A stretch of DNA of 63,012 nucleotides, from positions 1 to 63,012 of the forward strand of contig CALVVB010000003.1 in the NCBI GenBank assembly GCA_944363735.1, given 5' to 3'. The translations under genes and the position numbers were made by a program. Position 1 is the stretch's first letter, and each line of letters begins with the position of its first letter. Positions 32,395-42,063 of this stretch are shown one piece after another. The notes beneath the pieces were generated by a model that searched no databases, was not told the DNA's origin, and saw only the letters and a program-made list of their open reading frames with translations. The DNA is from an uncultured Bacilli bacterium (lineage in GTDB: Bacteria; Bacillota_I; Bacilli_A; RF39; UBA660).

Positions 32395-32764
32395 TATCCT
32401 CCATAATTTTAGGTGATGGATATTCCTGTAATGTAATATCACTTTGTAAATATCCCTCTTTATTTTTAAAATGATATATATTAAAGACTTGATAATATTC
32501 ATCATCTATTTTTAGAACATTTTCTGATGTTATAGATTTATCTTGAGCAATTCTAATCTTATACTTTATCTTTCTATCTCTTTTATCATTTTCAAATGCT
32601 ATATCATCTGTTAATGATAATTCCTCATAGAAAAAATCATCAGGATAAAGTTGTTTAATTCTTTCAAAAGGAAATGCTTCATCAGCTTGATCTATTTTAA
32701 ATAATTTAAAAGAACCATCATTATATACTGGTATCGACGTTATACTTAACTTGAAGTTTGACAT
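32378..32764 (-). CDS. head closure / head-tail adaptor protein (positional call)
   Basis: 128-aa ORF in the connector gene block. Confidence 0.5.
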   Translation of the reverse strand: MSNFKLSITSIPVYNDGSFKLFKIDQADEAFPFERIKQLYPDDFFYEELSLTDDIAFENDKRDRKIKYKIRIAQDKSITSENVLKIDDEYYQVFNIYHFKNKEGYLQSDITLQEYPSPKIMEDNDDKK

Positions 32765-33014
32765 AATCCGTCATATATAATTCTTTAAATTCTGCTGTTC
32801 TTTTATGATTAGCATATAAAACATAATTTTTTAATAAAGCCCTAGCCTCTAAATCTTCATCATAGTTAATCATACATCCAACAGAATCATTGATATTATA
32901 CATACCTTCCTTAACATAATTTATAAAATTATCATCTGGTAGTTTAGGTGAAATTGACTGTTCTTTTCTAACTTCTTTAACAATATTCTCTACACATTTA
33001 TTATCAAAAGTCAT
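32721..33014 (-). CDS. head-tail connector protein (positional call)
   Basis: 97-aa ORF, first gene after the capsid-associated block. Confidence 0.5.
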   Translation of the reverse strand: MTFDNKCVENIVKEVRKEQSISPKLPDDNFINYVKEGMYNINDSVGCMINYDEDLEARALLKNYVLYANHKRTAEFKELYMTDYVKLQVKYNVDTSI

Positions 33015-33382
33015 TATTCTTCAGAACTTTCTTTTTCAACTATCAAACTTGTTAATTCTTCTAATGTAATATCATCATTAAATTCTATCTTTAATTTTTT
33101 AGCTTTCTTCTTTAATTTTTCAAGTTCAGTTGTATTTACTACATCTAATATATAACTTCTTAAATCAATTCCCTCAATTGTTGCATATTCAATTAATTGT
33201 GAATCTGTTAATTCATCTATACTAGCTTCTTTAATTAATGATTTATTTAATTTATTATCAGAACCCATTAATTCATCTAATCTTTCTTGATCAACTTTTT
33301 TCTTCTTATATGGATAAATAGCATCTTTTTCATATAAATGATTATCCTTTAAATCCTTAAATTTATTTATAACTACATACAT
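33014..33382 (-). CDS. hypothetical head-module protein
   Basis: 122 aa, acidic. Located directly downstream of the major capsid gene. Confidence 0.5.
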   Translation of the reverse strand: MYVVINKFKDLKDNHLYEKDAIYPYKKKKVDQERLDELMGSDNKLNKSLIKEASIDELTDSQLIEYATIEGIDLRSYILDVVNTTELEKLKKKAKKLKIEFNDDITLEELTSLIVEKESSEE

Positions 33383-33422
33383 TTTGTTTTTTCTCCTTTC
33401 TCATTAAATAAAGAGAGGAGCA

Positions 33423-34595
33423 TTAAGCTCCTACATCTTCTTCTGTATTTTCACTTGCTGGTAATGATACAACTGTTGCTAATGTTTTAATAGTTGGAAC
33501 ATATTCTTCTAGTTTAGTTACATCAAAAATATATGCAACATTATCAGCTGTTGCTCTACCATTAGCATAAACTTTTCCGACGATTAAATCAGCATCATCA
33601 GTTGCTAAAGTTTCTTTGTATTCATTAATTTTAACTTCAGTAATACCCATTGTATATTTACCTTCAAGAGTTAAAGCTGCTTTACCTTTAGGGTTTTCTG
33701 TACATGGTATAACTTCTATATTTTTAAATGAAGAAACTAAATTACCTTCTGCATCATAAATAGCAGGTGCTACATAATTAGCTTCATCTTCTGGATTACA
33801 AATGACATATATTTTATTAACTAATCTTTTACCTTTATTACTTAAATATACTTTAGCTGGTGCTAAACCTTTAGGTGTAAACTTAGTTAAATCTGTATTA
33901 ACAGTTTTATCTTGATGAGTGCCATCCTCATTAGTTTTATCAATTTGTTTATAAATTCCAATTGGTTGTTCTTTACCTGTTCCTTGTAAATAACCATAAG
34001 CTATACCATCTCTTAAAGCTTCTGATAAAATAGCCATAAAATATTTATCAATAAATTGATAGCTTAGTTCTCTAATTGCTTTTGGAATTATTAAATAAGC
34101 ATCTAATTTACCTAAATCAGTTACTAAACCTTTTACGTTAGCACTTAATGCACCCTTTAATTCTTCTGTTAACCCAGACCAAGAATAAGCACCTGTTCTT
34201 TCTGCTGTAATCCATCTCTTAACTCCAGCAGGTGTAAAAGTAATTAGTTTTAATACTGGTTCTGTTGCTTTTACATTTTCTAATGTTAAATCAACAATTG
34301 ATGTTGGAATCAAATCAATTTGTGCACCAGTAATAGCTTGTTTAATATCTTTGAATTTTTCATAGAAGCTCTCTTCTTCTTTGCTTAAAACACGTAAACC
34401 TAATTTACTTGCATAATCACTATCAGAATTAGCTTTTATAGCTTGAGCTTTAATCTCTTCAATTAAATCTTTGTTTTTTTCACTCGCGAACATATCAACT
34501 ACATCAGCTATTGCTGTAGCTTTATCTTCACTTTCATTTAGCATTGTTATTGCTTTTTGTTTTAATTCATTAAATTTCTTATCATTTAATACCAT
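33423..34595 (-). CDS. major capsid protein (HK97-like)
   Basis: 390 aa with an N-terminal coiled delta-like region. Follows the ClpP-type prohead protease. Confidence 0.85.
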   Translation of the reverse strand: MVLNDKKFNELKQKAITMLNESEDKATAIADVVDMFASEKNKDLIEEIKAQAIKANSDSDYASKLGLRVLSKEEESFYEKFKDIKQAITGAQIDLIPTSIVDLTLENVKATEPVLKLITFTPAGVKRWITAERTGAYSWSGLTEELKGALSANVKGLVTDLGKLDAYLIIPKAIRELSYQFIDKYFMAILSEALRDGIAYGYLQGTGKEQPIGIYKQIDKTNEDGTHQDKTVNTDLTKFTPKGLAPAKVYLSNKGKRLVNKIYVICNPEDEANYVAPAIYDAEGNLVSSFKNIEVIPCTENPKGKAALTLEGKYTMGITEVKINEYKETLATDDADLIVGKVYANGRATADNVAYIFDVTKLEEYVPTIKTLATVVSLPASENTEEDVGA

Positions 34596-34617
34596 ATTTT
34601 TTTTACCTTCTTTCTTT

Positions 34618-35352
34618 TTATAAATTTAAAAAAGACTTCCAAGAGTCTTTAGTTTCTTTACTAGTATTAGTCATTGTTAAGTTTTCAATTTCTTTTTTTA
34701 ACTTAAAATTCTCATTAACTAGATTTCTTATATAAGAGTTAATATCTTTAATTGACTGTTCTGCATCATTTTCACTTTGAATTGATGTAGCAAAGCCTTT
34801 TTCAAATGCAAGTTTATAGTCCATCCAAGTTTCTTTATCCATCATTGCTTTTACTTCTTCTTCAGATAAACCTGTTTTAGATACATAAATATTTACACTT
34901 GGTTTAGTAATAATTTCTAGATCATCAGCAGCCTTTCTCAAGTCATTTGAATCACCTGTTGCTTCCATCCAAGCATTATGGATCATAATCAACCCACTCT
35001 TTGGCATAATTCTTTCTTTTCCAGCCATAAAAATAACACTTGCAGCACTACAAGCGAATCCATCAACTTGAGTAATAAGATTACCTGGGAAATCAGATAA
35101 TAGACTATAAATTGCTAAACCCTCTGATACACTACCTCCCATTGAATTAATTCTAACCAAAAGATTAGGTGTATCAACTTCCTTTAAAGCATCTTTAAAG
35201 CTATAAGCATCTACTCTTGTTTCATCATCAAGATCAAGCCATCTTTCAATTAAATCAGGCTTTCTAATATCTCCATAAATGTATAATTCTGTTACTGTAT
35301 CATCTAATTTCACAAATTGAAAATATTTATTCTTCTCCCTCATTCCCATCAC
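34618..35352 (-). CDS. ClpP-family prohead (head maturation) protease
   Basis: 244 aa. NSMGGSVSEGLAIY and ...IMIHNAW Ser/His motifs of the S14 family. Confidence 0.88.
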   Translation of the reverse strand: MMGMREKNKYFQFVKLDDTVTELYIYGDIRKPDLIERWLDLDDETRVDAYSFKDALKEVDTPNLLVRINSMGGSVSEGLAIYSLLSDFPGNLITQVDGFACSAASVIFMAGKERIMPKSGLIMIHNAWMEATGDSNDLRKAADDLEIITKPSVNIYVSKTGLSEEEVKAMMDKETWMDYKLAFEKGFATSIQSENDAEQSIKDINSYIRNLVNENFKLKKEIENLTMTNTSKETKDSWKSFLNL

Positions 35353-36535
35353 CTCCTTCCAAAGCTATTTCAGCATTTTGATAATTTTTAGTAATATAAT
35401 GTTTGTCAGCCCATTCTTCATCAGTCTTTGGTAAACCAATAAATTCATTAATCTCATTATGACTATAACCATTAGAGAATAGTTTATCCATACTAGAAGC
35501 ACTTTCCAAAATATCTAAATGTTTCATATTGAATCTATTTATTTTTATCCTCTCACCTTTTAAATAGTCATCAACACCAATAATTTTGGCATTAAGACTA
35601 TCCTCTATAATTTGTAAATGAGGTATTATTCCAAATGTAATAAAATCATTTGTAGATGTAGATTTATCAGTTTTATTACCATAAAAAATATCAAGTGGTA
35701 TATTATAACTCATAGCAACTTTATCTGACCATTTCTTTTCCAACTTGGACCACTCATCTGATGTCGTTCCTTGACCAAAATCAATTTTTTCAAGTCCAAA
35801 AGTTTCAGATAATAGCACAATTGCATCTTCTTCATCAAACAAGCCTCTAGTTATCTTGTTCTTATATTCTTCATAGGTCATTTCTTCATTAGTAGTTGGA
35901 TCCTTTAACTTTGGCTGTGTACCCGGTAATTTTAACCGAAACTTATGAAGATTATTTAATTTGTAATGAGAACTAGCAATTCCTAACAGACTTCCTAGCT
36001 CTTTATAATAATTATCCAATGTTTCCTTTACTTTAGACGATTTTAAACTCAAGTGAATAACATCTTCTTCTGTAAAAGTCTTATTCAGTATAATAGTATT
36101 ACCTTGATCATCACTAATTTGCACATTAGAATATGTTTTAGGAAGTAATATATTTTGACTTGCTATAAAACTATCCGCTAAATATAAATCATTATTTAAA
36201 CAAACAATCAAAGCTTCTTCTTCCTCTAAATATTTTTTTATTACTTTATAAAAAAATGAGGTCGCAGTCTCATTTACATTAGGTCTAATATTTAGTTTAT
36301 AATATTCTAAATCATTTTCTTCTTTTTGAACTTTACCAGTTTTTGAATTTAACCTATAAACTTGTATTTCCGATTTAGAAATTGTTTTAGCAATTATATC
36401 TATAGCATGTTCTATAGCATGTCTTTTAATTTCTAATTGTTTCTTTTTAGCAGAAAATATTGCACTAATAAATTCTTCCATTTTTTTATTATCAGTTTTA
36501 CCAAAAAGTCGTTCTATTAATCCCAAGTCTTTCAC
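35327..36535 (-). CDS. portal protein (HK97 family)
   Basis: 402 aa between the large terminase and the prohead protease. Confidence 0.85.
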   Translation of the reverse strand: MKDLGLIERLFGKTDNKKMEEFISAIFSAKKKQLEIKRHAIEHAIDIIAKTISKSEIQVYRLNSKTGKVQKEENDLEYYKLNIRPNVNETATSFFYKVIKKYLEEEEALIVCLNNDLYLADSFIASQNILLPKTYSNVQISDDQGNTIILNKTFTEEDVIHLSLKSSKVKETLDNYYKELGSLLGIASSHYKLNNLHKFRLKLPGTQPKLKDPTTNEEMTYEEYKNKITRGLFDEEDAIVLLSETFGLEKIDFGQGTTSDEWSKLEKKWSDKVAMSYNIPLDIFYGNKTDKSTSTNDFITFGIIPHLQIIEDSLNAKIIGVDDYLKGERIKINRFNMKHLDILESASSMDKLFSNGYSHNEINEFIGLPKTDEEWADKHYITKNYQNAEIALEGGDGNEGEE

Positions 36536-36544
36536 CTCCTTGTA

Positions 36545-38215
36545 TTAAACATAAACGTACTCTACTGTTTCTTCTAATAATTCTTCTCCACTTAATGCAC
36601 ATATCATAGCCATAAATGGATCATTTTTTCTTAATTTAGGCTCTACTTTTTCAAAATACATATTGCCATCTTTCCTTGTTTTCAAACAAGTGTTATTGAT
36701 AGACCAACGCATAATTGCACTATCACCAATATTCAAATTATTATTTTCAAATAATACTTCAAGTTTAGGAGCAACTATTGAAGCTATAGATGCAGGATAT
36801 CTTATCATCCTAATTAAACCACTTTTATTATCTTTAGTTTCTACTGATATTCCAGCACTTTCAAAAGTTTTCTTAATAAGTTGATACCTATAATTATCTA
36901 AAATAATCTTTTTTATATCATAATTATTAAAATATTCAAGTGCCCAATTAACAATAACACTCTCATCTATTGATGGCGTATCTACTACAATAAAATCTTC
37001 AAAGCCTTTTTGACCAGCATTATCAAAAGGGAATTTTATATCTTTATAAAATTTATTAGAAGAACAAATTACTGTTTTTTGTCTCCAACATAATTCGTCT
37101 CCATTTTTTGTTAGAACACCAACAGATGCAAAGTCTCTAAGAGATGCAAAATCAATTCCAATTATAGCTGGTTGATTTTTCTTTGGAATATAATCTCTTG
37201 GTATTTTATTTTCAACATCTTTATAAGATGCTTTTAATATGTTAGCCCAAGAAGTTATGATTAGATCATCTCTTTCTGCAGGCAGATTCATTCGTTTACT
37301 TAAAAATTCACTTCTTTTTGAAGGCCTACTTTTTTGCTCTATCCAGTCTATCATAATTGCATCTTGAAGTTCTGGAAGAAATGGTAATGAAGGATTAGAC
37401 TTTTCCCAAAGATTAGGATTATCAACTTCTTCTAAACTATCCATCTTACATAAAAAAGGAAAATATCTTAGTTCATTTTTACCTGTTTTTAATATTTGCT
37501 GACATGTCTCAAGCAATTCATCTAATGGTCCACCTCTTACATCACCATTTGAAGTAATAATAAAAATACGACCATGTTTTACTTTACCTAAACCACCTTG
37601 ATAAACTTTAATATTCTTATCAGTTAAATAAGCATGATATTCGTTAAAAAGAATAGCACCACTTTTTTTACCATCTTTGGTAGCAGCATTTGAAGTATTA
37701 AACCTAAATCTAGCTTTTGTAATTCGATTAACGAAATATTCTTTATTCCAATAAAAATACTTTTTCATTAAATCTTTATTATTCTCTAAAACATTATAAG
37801 CAACATCATAAGTATCATTAGCTTGATCCTCAGAAGTTGCCACAATATCAATATTATAATTTTCTACACCATAATATTGAGTAGTTAAAAAATGAAGTAA
37901 TGGAACAATAAATCCATCCTTGCCATTACCTCTACCTTCAAGAATAATAAATGTTCTAAAAACTGGTATATCATTTTTATACATAAATACGAAAGCATAT
38001 ACAAACTTTTGATATGGAAATAAAGGATAATACCATCTCTCAACAAATCTTATACATTTATAATAAGTTTCTTCATCAAAGAATATATCGTCTCTTACTA
38101 AAGTAGGCTTAACAATATTCTCAATTAATAATTTCCTTTCATTGTTAAAGACGTTTGGACATTTATTATAATATTCTAAATAATCATTAATCTCCTTACA
38201 ACAAATCATCTTCAT
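36545..38215 (-). CDS. terminase large subunit
   Basis: 556 aa. Walker A-like ILEGRGNGKDG and a C-terminal nuclease region. Overlaps the small subunit. Confidence 0.9.
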   Translation of the reverse strand: MKMICCKEINDYLEYYNKCPNVFNNERKLLIENIVKPTLVRDDIFFDEETYYKCIRFVERWYYPLFPYQKFVYAFVFMYKNDIPVFRTFIILEGRGNGKDGFIVPLLHFLTTQYYGVENYNIDIVATSEDQANDTYDVAYNVLENNKDLMKKYFYWNKEYFVNRITKARFRFNTSNAATKDGKKSGAILFNEYHAYLTDKNIKVYQGGLGKVKHGRIFIITSNGDVRGGPLDELLETCQQILKTGKNELRYFPFLCKMDSLEEVDNPNLWEKSNPSLPFLPELQDAIMIDWIEQKSRPSKRSEFLSKRMNLPAERDDLIITSWANILKASYKDVENKIPRDYIPKKNQPAIIGIDFASLRDFASVGVLTKNGDELCWRQKTVICSSNKFYKDIKFPFDNAGQKGFEDFIVVDTPSIDESVIVNWALEYFNNYDIKKIILDNYRYQLIKKTFESAGISVETKDNKSGLIRMIRYPASIASIVAPKLEVLFENNNLNIGDSAIMRWSINNTCLKTRKDGNMYFEKVEPKLRKNDPFMAMICALSGEELLEETVEYVYV

Positions 38216-38585
38216 CAGGACCAGTCTCTTGATTATTTTTATCTGTTGGTGGTTTTATAAATGGCTGGTTAATACCTAAATCATTAAGTATTTTTAGCAT
38301 AATCTGCTCTACCTTAATAAGACTGCTTACAGACTCATTAGCTTTCTCTTGCTCTTTACCATTACCATTTGTAAAAGTATATCTTACACCTTTTTCTTGA
38401 ATATCTTCCTTTAAAGCATCCCTAATTGTTAGCAAAGAGAGATAATCATTAACCAAATCATCATAAAATTTACCAAATTTTGATAAAGATGCTAACTGTT
38501 CATTAATATCTTCTGCAATTAATGATATGTCCTTTTCTGTTACTTTCTTTATTGTTTTAGAATATTTCTTTACCTTGGAAGCCAC
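38196..38585 (-). CDS. terminase small subunit
   Basis: 129 aa immediately upstream of and overlapping TerL. Resembles the P27 family in size and position. Confidence 0.7.
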   Translation of the reverse strand: MASKVKKYSKTIKKVTEKDISLIAEDINEQLASLSKFGKFYDDLVNDYLSLLTIRDALKEDIQEKGVRYTFTNGNGKEQEKANESVSSLIKVEQIMLKILNDLGINQPFIKPPTDKNNQETGPDEDDLL

Positions 38586-38618
38586 ACAAAAATCACCACC
38601 TATCTACCCCCTTCCACG

Positions 38619-38632
38619 CACGCGTACGCGTG
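38619..38632. repeat. perfect 14-bp GC-rich palindrome CACGCGTACGCGTG (candidate cos/packaging site)
   Basis: Lies in the 156-bp HNH-TerS intergenic region, which is locally GC-rich (CCACGCACGCGTACGCGTGAAG ... ACACACCCGCTAGCC ... GATGGGGGGAG). Confidence 0.4.
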
Positions 38633-38741
38633 AAGACTTATTTAGTCGTTAACCACACACCCGCTAGCCTTAAGCAAATTAAATGCTTAGTTTTTGATGG
38701 GGGGAGTTTTTTTCTAGAAAAGAAAAGAATATTTTATTTTT

Positions 38742-39107
38742 TTACCACTTTTCTTCTGTTAAAGGCTTCTTTTTCTTTTTAAAACGAAACCTTGCCCTAT
38801 CTTCTATTATCTCATGAGCCATGAAAGATAGTGCTACACCATTATCTACATCTAAACATAAATCTGGTCTTTCTTTAATAGCTTTTTTATGATGAGCAGT
38901 TGTGGCACGAACAGGTTTTATAACATTAGGTTTATGGATGCCATCATCCCATTTACCAGCAAAGAATTGACACTCATAATGATCTCTTTCTAATACCTTC
39001 TCTCTCCAAATATCATAATCTGTTGAGTTATAGAAAGCATCAGTATTACCCTTTGCTATTTCCTTTGGCCAGTCATAATATTTTCTTCTCTTTCTTCTTT
39101 TCTTCAT
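38742..39107 (-). CDS. HNH endonuclease (terminase-associated)
   Basis: 121 aa. Cys/His-rich HNH core (DHYECQF...TTAHHKKAIKE...SFMAHE). Adjacent to TerS, as in HK97-like cos phages. Confidence 0.85.
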   Translation of the reverse strand: MKKRRKRRKYYDWPKEIAKGNTDAFYNSTDYDIWREKVLERDHYECQFFAGKWDDGIHKPNVIKPVRATTAHHKKAIKERPDLCLDVDNGVALSFMAHEIIEDRARFRFKKKKKPLTEEKW

Positions 39108-39120
39108 CTTTTCCTTCCTA

Positions 39121-39149
39121 CAACAAAAAAGAGAGACATAATCTCCCTC
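39121..39149 (-). terminator. terminator-like hairpin in the late-operon leader
   Basis: Minus strand: GAGGGAGA-TTATG-TCTCTCTT (with G-U wobbles), followed by TTTTGTTG. Lies 14 nt before the HNH RBS. Confidence 0.45.
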
Positions 39150-39240
39150 AGTGAATATTTAAAATAAATTCACTATACAAATTATAATATACTCTTTTTC
39201 ACATTAAAATAGCGGCCATTTTCAAACGATTTTCATTTTG

Positions 39241-39789
39241 TCAATACCCTAATAGGTTATATAAATAATCGTTCGGAAATATGTATTTCTGAAGCTCTTT
39301 TACTAGTCTATATTTATTATTCGCTATTGTTGTGGGTGCCGTTGGTCTAGATGTTTTCTTCTTTTGATCATATAGTTCAGCAATTTGTTCATGAGTCTTA
39401 TTCTCAAAATAGTATAACTTAATTACTGAAATATAAGGATCATCTTTAAACTTATTTAATATTCTATCTATAAACTTTATAATAACTTCTGTTTTATAGA
39501 TATCCTTGTTTAGATTTTTAATAGACTGTTCAATTATATCATCAGCATCTTGCCTAAAACTATTAGTTGAAATAGATGTTATAGATTTAGATTTATTAGG
39601 TATGCCATAATCTTTAAGTTCTTTTATCTGTTCTTTTCTTTCAACAATAGTATCCTTAAGTTTAGGGTAATCATATAATATTCTTTCAGTGTTTTTATAA
39701 GTTGAATAATTCTTTTTTATAATAGACCTTTTTTCTAATTCATCAATAACAATACCAACTATTTCTTTATTATTTATTTTACTATCCAT
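39241..39789 (-). CDS. putative late-gene transcriptional activator (sigma-70 region-4-like / ArpU-RinA-like)
   Basis: 182 aa. C-terminal HTH-like LYYFENKTHEQIAELY. It is the last early gene before the packaging operon. Confidence 0.5.
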   Translation of the reverse strand: MDSKINNKEIVGIVIDELEKRSIIKKNYSTYKNTERILYDYPKLKDTIVERKEQIKELKDYGIPNKSKSITSISTNSFRQDADDIIEQSIKNLNKDIYKTEVIIKFIDRILNKFKDDPYISVIKLYYFENKTHEQIAELYDQKKKTSRPTAPTTIANNKYRLVKELQKYIFPNDYLYNLLGY

Positions 39790-39810
39790 ACACCCTCCAT
39801 ATCTTTATAT

Positions 39811-40116
39811 TTAATTATTATCTTGTTTATTAAATAATCCATAACCATACAATGTATTCATTAAACCTGTCCCTATATCTTCATTATTAAGAAGTTTCTT
39901 TATCGCTCTCCTTAAATTTCTATTTTCCATTTCTAACCTTTCCAATTTCTTGCTATTACCTATTCTTCCAGAACAGTCAGTTCTTTCACAATATTGTTTC
40001 TTTAATTCTTTAATTTCTCTTTCTTTTTCCATTAGCAAATTAATAAATTGAACTCTACCAAAGTCTTTAGTTTTCTCATATAATTCATCAAATAATAATT
40101 CATTGTCATCTAACAT
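39811..40116 (-). CDS. hypothetical phage protein
   Basis: 101-aa ORF with a coiled-coil. Confidence 0.5.
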   Translation of the reverse strand: MLDDNELLFDELYEKTKDFGRVQFINLLMEKEREIKELKKQYCERTDCSGRIGNSKKLERLEMENRNLRRAIKKLLNNEDIGTGLMNTLYGYGLFNKQDNN

Positions 40117-40128
40117 TTAAAATACCTC

Positions 40129-40275
40129 CTATTTTCTATTTTTCCTTTCTACTATAAAATAAACAATTGTTATAATTATTATTAATGGTATAGCCAAGAC
40201 TAAAGCTATGATTAGTTGGTCCATATAAGTTAATTCTGCTTGTGGTGTGTTAAACAAATCTATTATCTTATCCAT
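40129..40275 (-). CDS. small membrane protein (48 aa, below the ORF-track cutoff)
   Basis: MDKIIDLFNTPQAELTYMDQLIIALVLAIPLIIIITIVYFIVERKNRK. TAATG overlap with the upstream stop. Confidence 0.4.
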   Translation of the reverse strand: MDKIIDLFNTPQAELTYMDQLIIALVLAIPLIIIITIVYFIVERKNRK

Positions 40276-40562
40276 TATTCTTCACCTTTTAAAATATTTA
40301 ATAAACTATTCATATCAGCACAGTTCATACTACAATTGAATCTAAGAAAATCTTCAACATGTTCTATTGATTTATCAATTGTTTCTTTATATTTATTAGC
40401 AACTTCTTCTCTTGAACTAATTTGTATTCTTAATTCTTGATCTTCCTTTTTTAATTGTAAATATTCTTTATAAAAATCTCTTAACTTTCCTAAATGTATT
40501 ATCATCTCTTGTTTGTTTTCATCAATAGAATATATTTCTATACCATTTTCATTTTTATTCAT
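40275..40562 (-). CDS. hypothetical phage protein
   Basis: Likely start is MNKNENG behind GGAGG. The track ORF extends to 40655. Confidence 0.5.
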   Translation of the reverse strand: MNKNENGIEIYSIDENKQEMIIHLGKLRDFYKEYLQLKKEDQELRIQISSREEVANKYKETIDKSIEHVEDFLRFNCSMNCADMNSLLNILKGEE

Positions 40563-40785
40563 TACAAACCTCCTTATCATAGAAATCAAATACAATAACC
40601 TGATCACATGATAATATAAACCATCTAACTTTGTCATAGCGTTTATCAAAAGCATCTATAAATTCTTGTGTGGCTTCTAAATCATATAAAATAGCCTTTT
40701 TGCAATTATTAATTCTTATTTCAAAAGCCATATTATCTAGCAAAGAATCATCATAATTCCAAAATATATCTATTAAATCAATCAT
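40555..40785 (-). CDS. hypothetical phage protein
   Basis: 76-aa ORF with RBS AGAGG. Confidence 0.5.
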   Translation of the reverse strand: MIDLIDIFWNYDDSLLDNMAFEIRINNCKKAILYDLEATQEFIDAFDKRYDKVRWFILSCDQVIVFDFYDKEVCNE

Positions 40786-40963
40786 TACAAACCTCTAAGT
40801 CTCTAGCTTCAGTTATAGAAATACTACTGCAATAATCATCCATTATTTCTTCTTTAATAACCTCTATTACTCCTGACTGCATAAAAGTATAAATAAATAT
40901 AACCATTATTACCGCTACCAAAGTACATAGTGAACTTAATAATGCTACTTGCCACTTTGCCAT
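40778..40963 (-). CDS. small membrane protein
   Basis: Likely start is MAKWQ behind GGAGGAAGG. One TM helix. Confidence 0.45.
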   Translation of the reverse strand: MAKWQVALLSSLCTLVAVIMVIFIYTFMQSGVIEVIKEEIMDDYCSSISITEARDLEVCND

Positions 40964-40964
40964 T

Positions 40965-41267
40965 TTATCCTTCCTCCAACTTTCCAAATTCCTTTTCATA
41001 AGTTTCTATTTCATTAAGTTCAATTAATAATTCTTTTAATTCTTTTTTATCAATAATATCTAAATCATTTTTATTAGACCACCCTGCATCTTTAGCTCTA
41101 CCTATATATCTTAAATAAGTACCTTTCTTTGTTTTATAAATTTTCGCTTCGTGTTCAATGTATGTCGAAGGGAAATAAAATGATGGATGTTCTACCCTAG
41201 TAAAGTAACTAACTAATATATCACAATTATCAGTATCATAAATTTTATTGTTTATTATTCTTTTCAT
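40965..41267 (-). CDS. hypothetical phage protein
   Basis: Likely start is MKRIINNK behind GGAGG. Confidence 0.5.
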   Translation of the reverse strand: MKRIINNKIYDTDNCDILVSYFTRVEHPSFYFPSTYIEHEAKIYKTKKGTYLRYIGRAKDAGWSNKNDLDIIDKKELKELLIELNEIETYEKEFGKLEEG

Positions 41268-41279
41268 TTTTGCCTCCAA

Positions 41280-41513
41280 CTATTTTAAATAACTTATATT
41301 ATTCTCTTCAAGTAGTTTTTCATAATACATAACTTTCTTTGCTAATTCTTCATTAGCATAAAGCATTTTGCTATACTCACTTTCATCTTTAGAAATAACT
41401 ATTCTATTATCTTCTAGTTCTATCTTTAGAATAGTATTTTTATCAATTTCTAATTGTTCTCTTATTTCTTTAGGTATAACTAATCTACCCAACTCGTCTA
41501 TCTTTCTTGTCAT
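41280..41513 (-). CDS. AbrB/SpoVT-family DNA-binding protein
   Basis: 77 aa. N-terminus RKIDELGRLVIPKEIREQL closely matches the AbrB swapped-hairpin domain (RKVDELGRVVIPIELR). Confidence 0.85.
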   Translation of the reverse strand: MTRKIDELGRLVIPKEIREQLEIDKNTILKIELEDNRIVISKDESEYSKMLYANEELAKKVMYYEKLLEENNISYLK

Positions 41514-41689
41514 TTTTTTAGCTCCTTTGTTTTTAATCTTATTAATTTTGTTAATTCTATATAAAATCCTTTAGCTCTACCATAAGTCCATTTTTTAGTA
41601 CACAAATTATATTTTTTTAATAATCCTACATAGGTTTCTTTACCAACTAAATCTATAATATCCTGTGTATTATTTATTTCTCTTATCAT
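41510..41689 (-). CDS. hypothetical phage protein
   Basis: Likely start is MIREINN behind GGAGG. 59 aa. Confidence 0.45.
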   Translation of the reverse strand: MIREINNTQDIIDLVGKETYVGLLKKYNLCTKKWTYGRAKGFYIELTKLIRLKTKELKK

Positions 41690-41894
41690 TGCTATCCTCC
41701 TTAAAATAATCTTTTCTAATAAAAACAAATTCATCTGTCGTTTTATTTTTTATACGTTTATTATCTTTATATCTATATCTTGATAAATAACTTTTTAAGC
41801 AATTTTTACTTATACCAAGATATGATGATAAATCATTATAATTATCAAACTGAGCTATTAATTCAAAAGCTTCATTATATACTGATAAGGTCAT
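41670..41894 (-). CDS. small putative DNA-binding protein
   Basis: Likely start is MTLSVYN behind AAGGAGG. HTH-like LSSYLGISKNCLKSYLSR. Confidence 0.45.
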   Translation of the reverse strand: MTLSVYNEAFELIAQFDNYNDLSSYLGISKNCLKSYLSRYRYKDNKRIKNKTTDEFVFIRKDYFKEDSNDKRNK

Positions 41895-42063
41895 TTTTAA
41901 CCTCCTTATCCTACGCAATATAACCTATTATTATATTGCATAAACCCAAATGCTATTTTTCCTTTATTCTATAAGTCTTAAATCTACATTTTCTTCTTAA
42001 AATACTTTTAATGTTTTTTGATTCGTTTTTTTAATGGTATAATTGACCTCGAAAGGAGTTATT

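Noticed and set aside
32395-32505. N-terminal extension of ORF 32050-32505 (MMNIIKSLIYIILKIKRD...).
   Set aside because: It overlaps the upstream connector gene by 128 nt. An internal ATG at 32394/32391, preceded by GGAGG, gives the usual short overlap. Similar trimming was applied to 40275-40655, 40778-40999, 40965-41279, 41510-41734, 41670-41918, 42043-42228 and 51370-51921.
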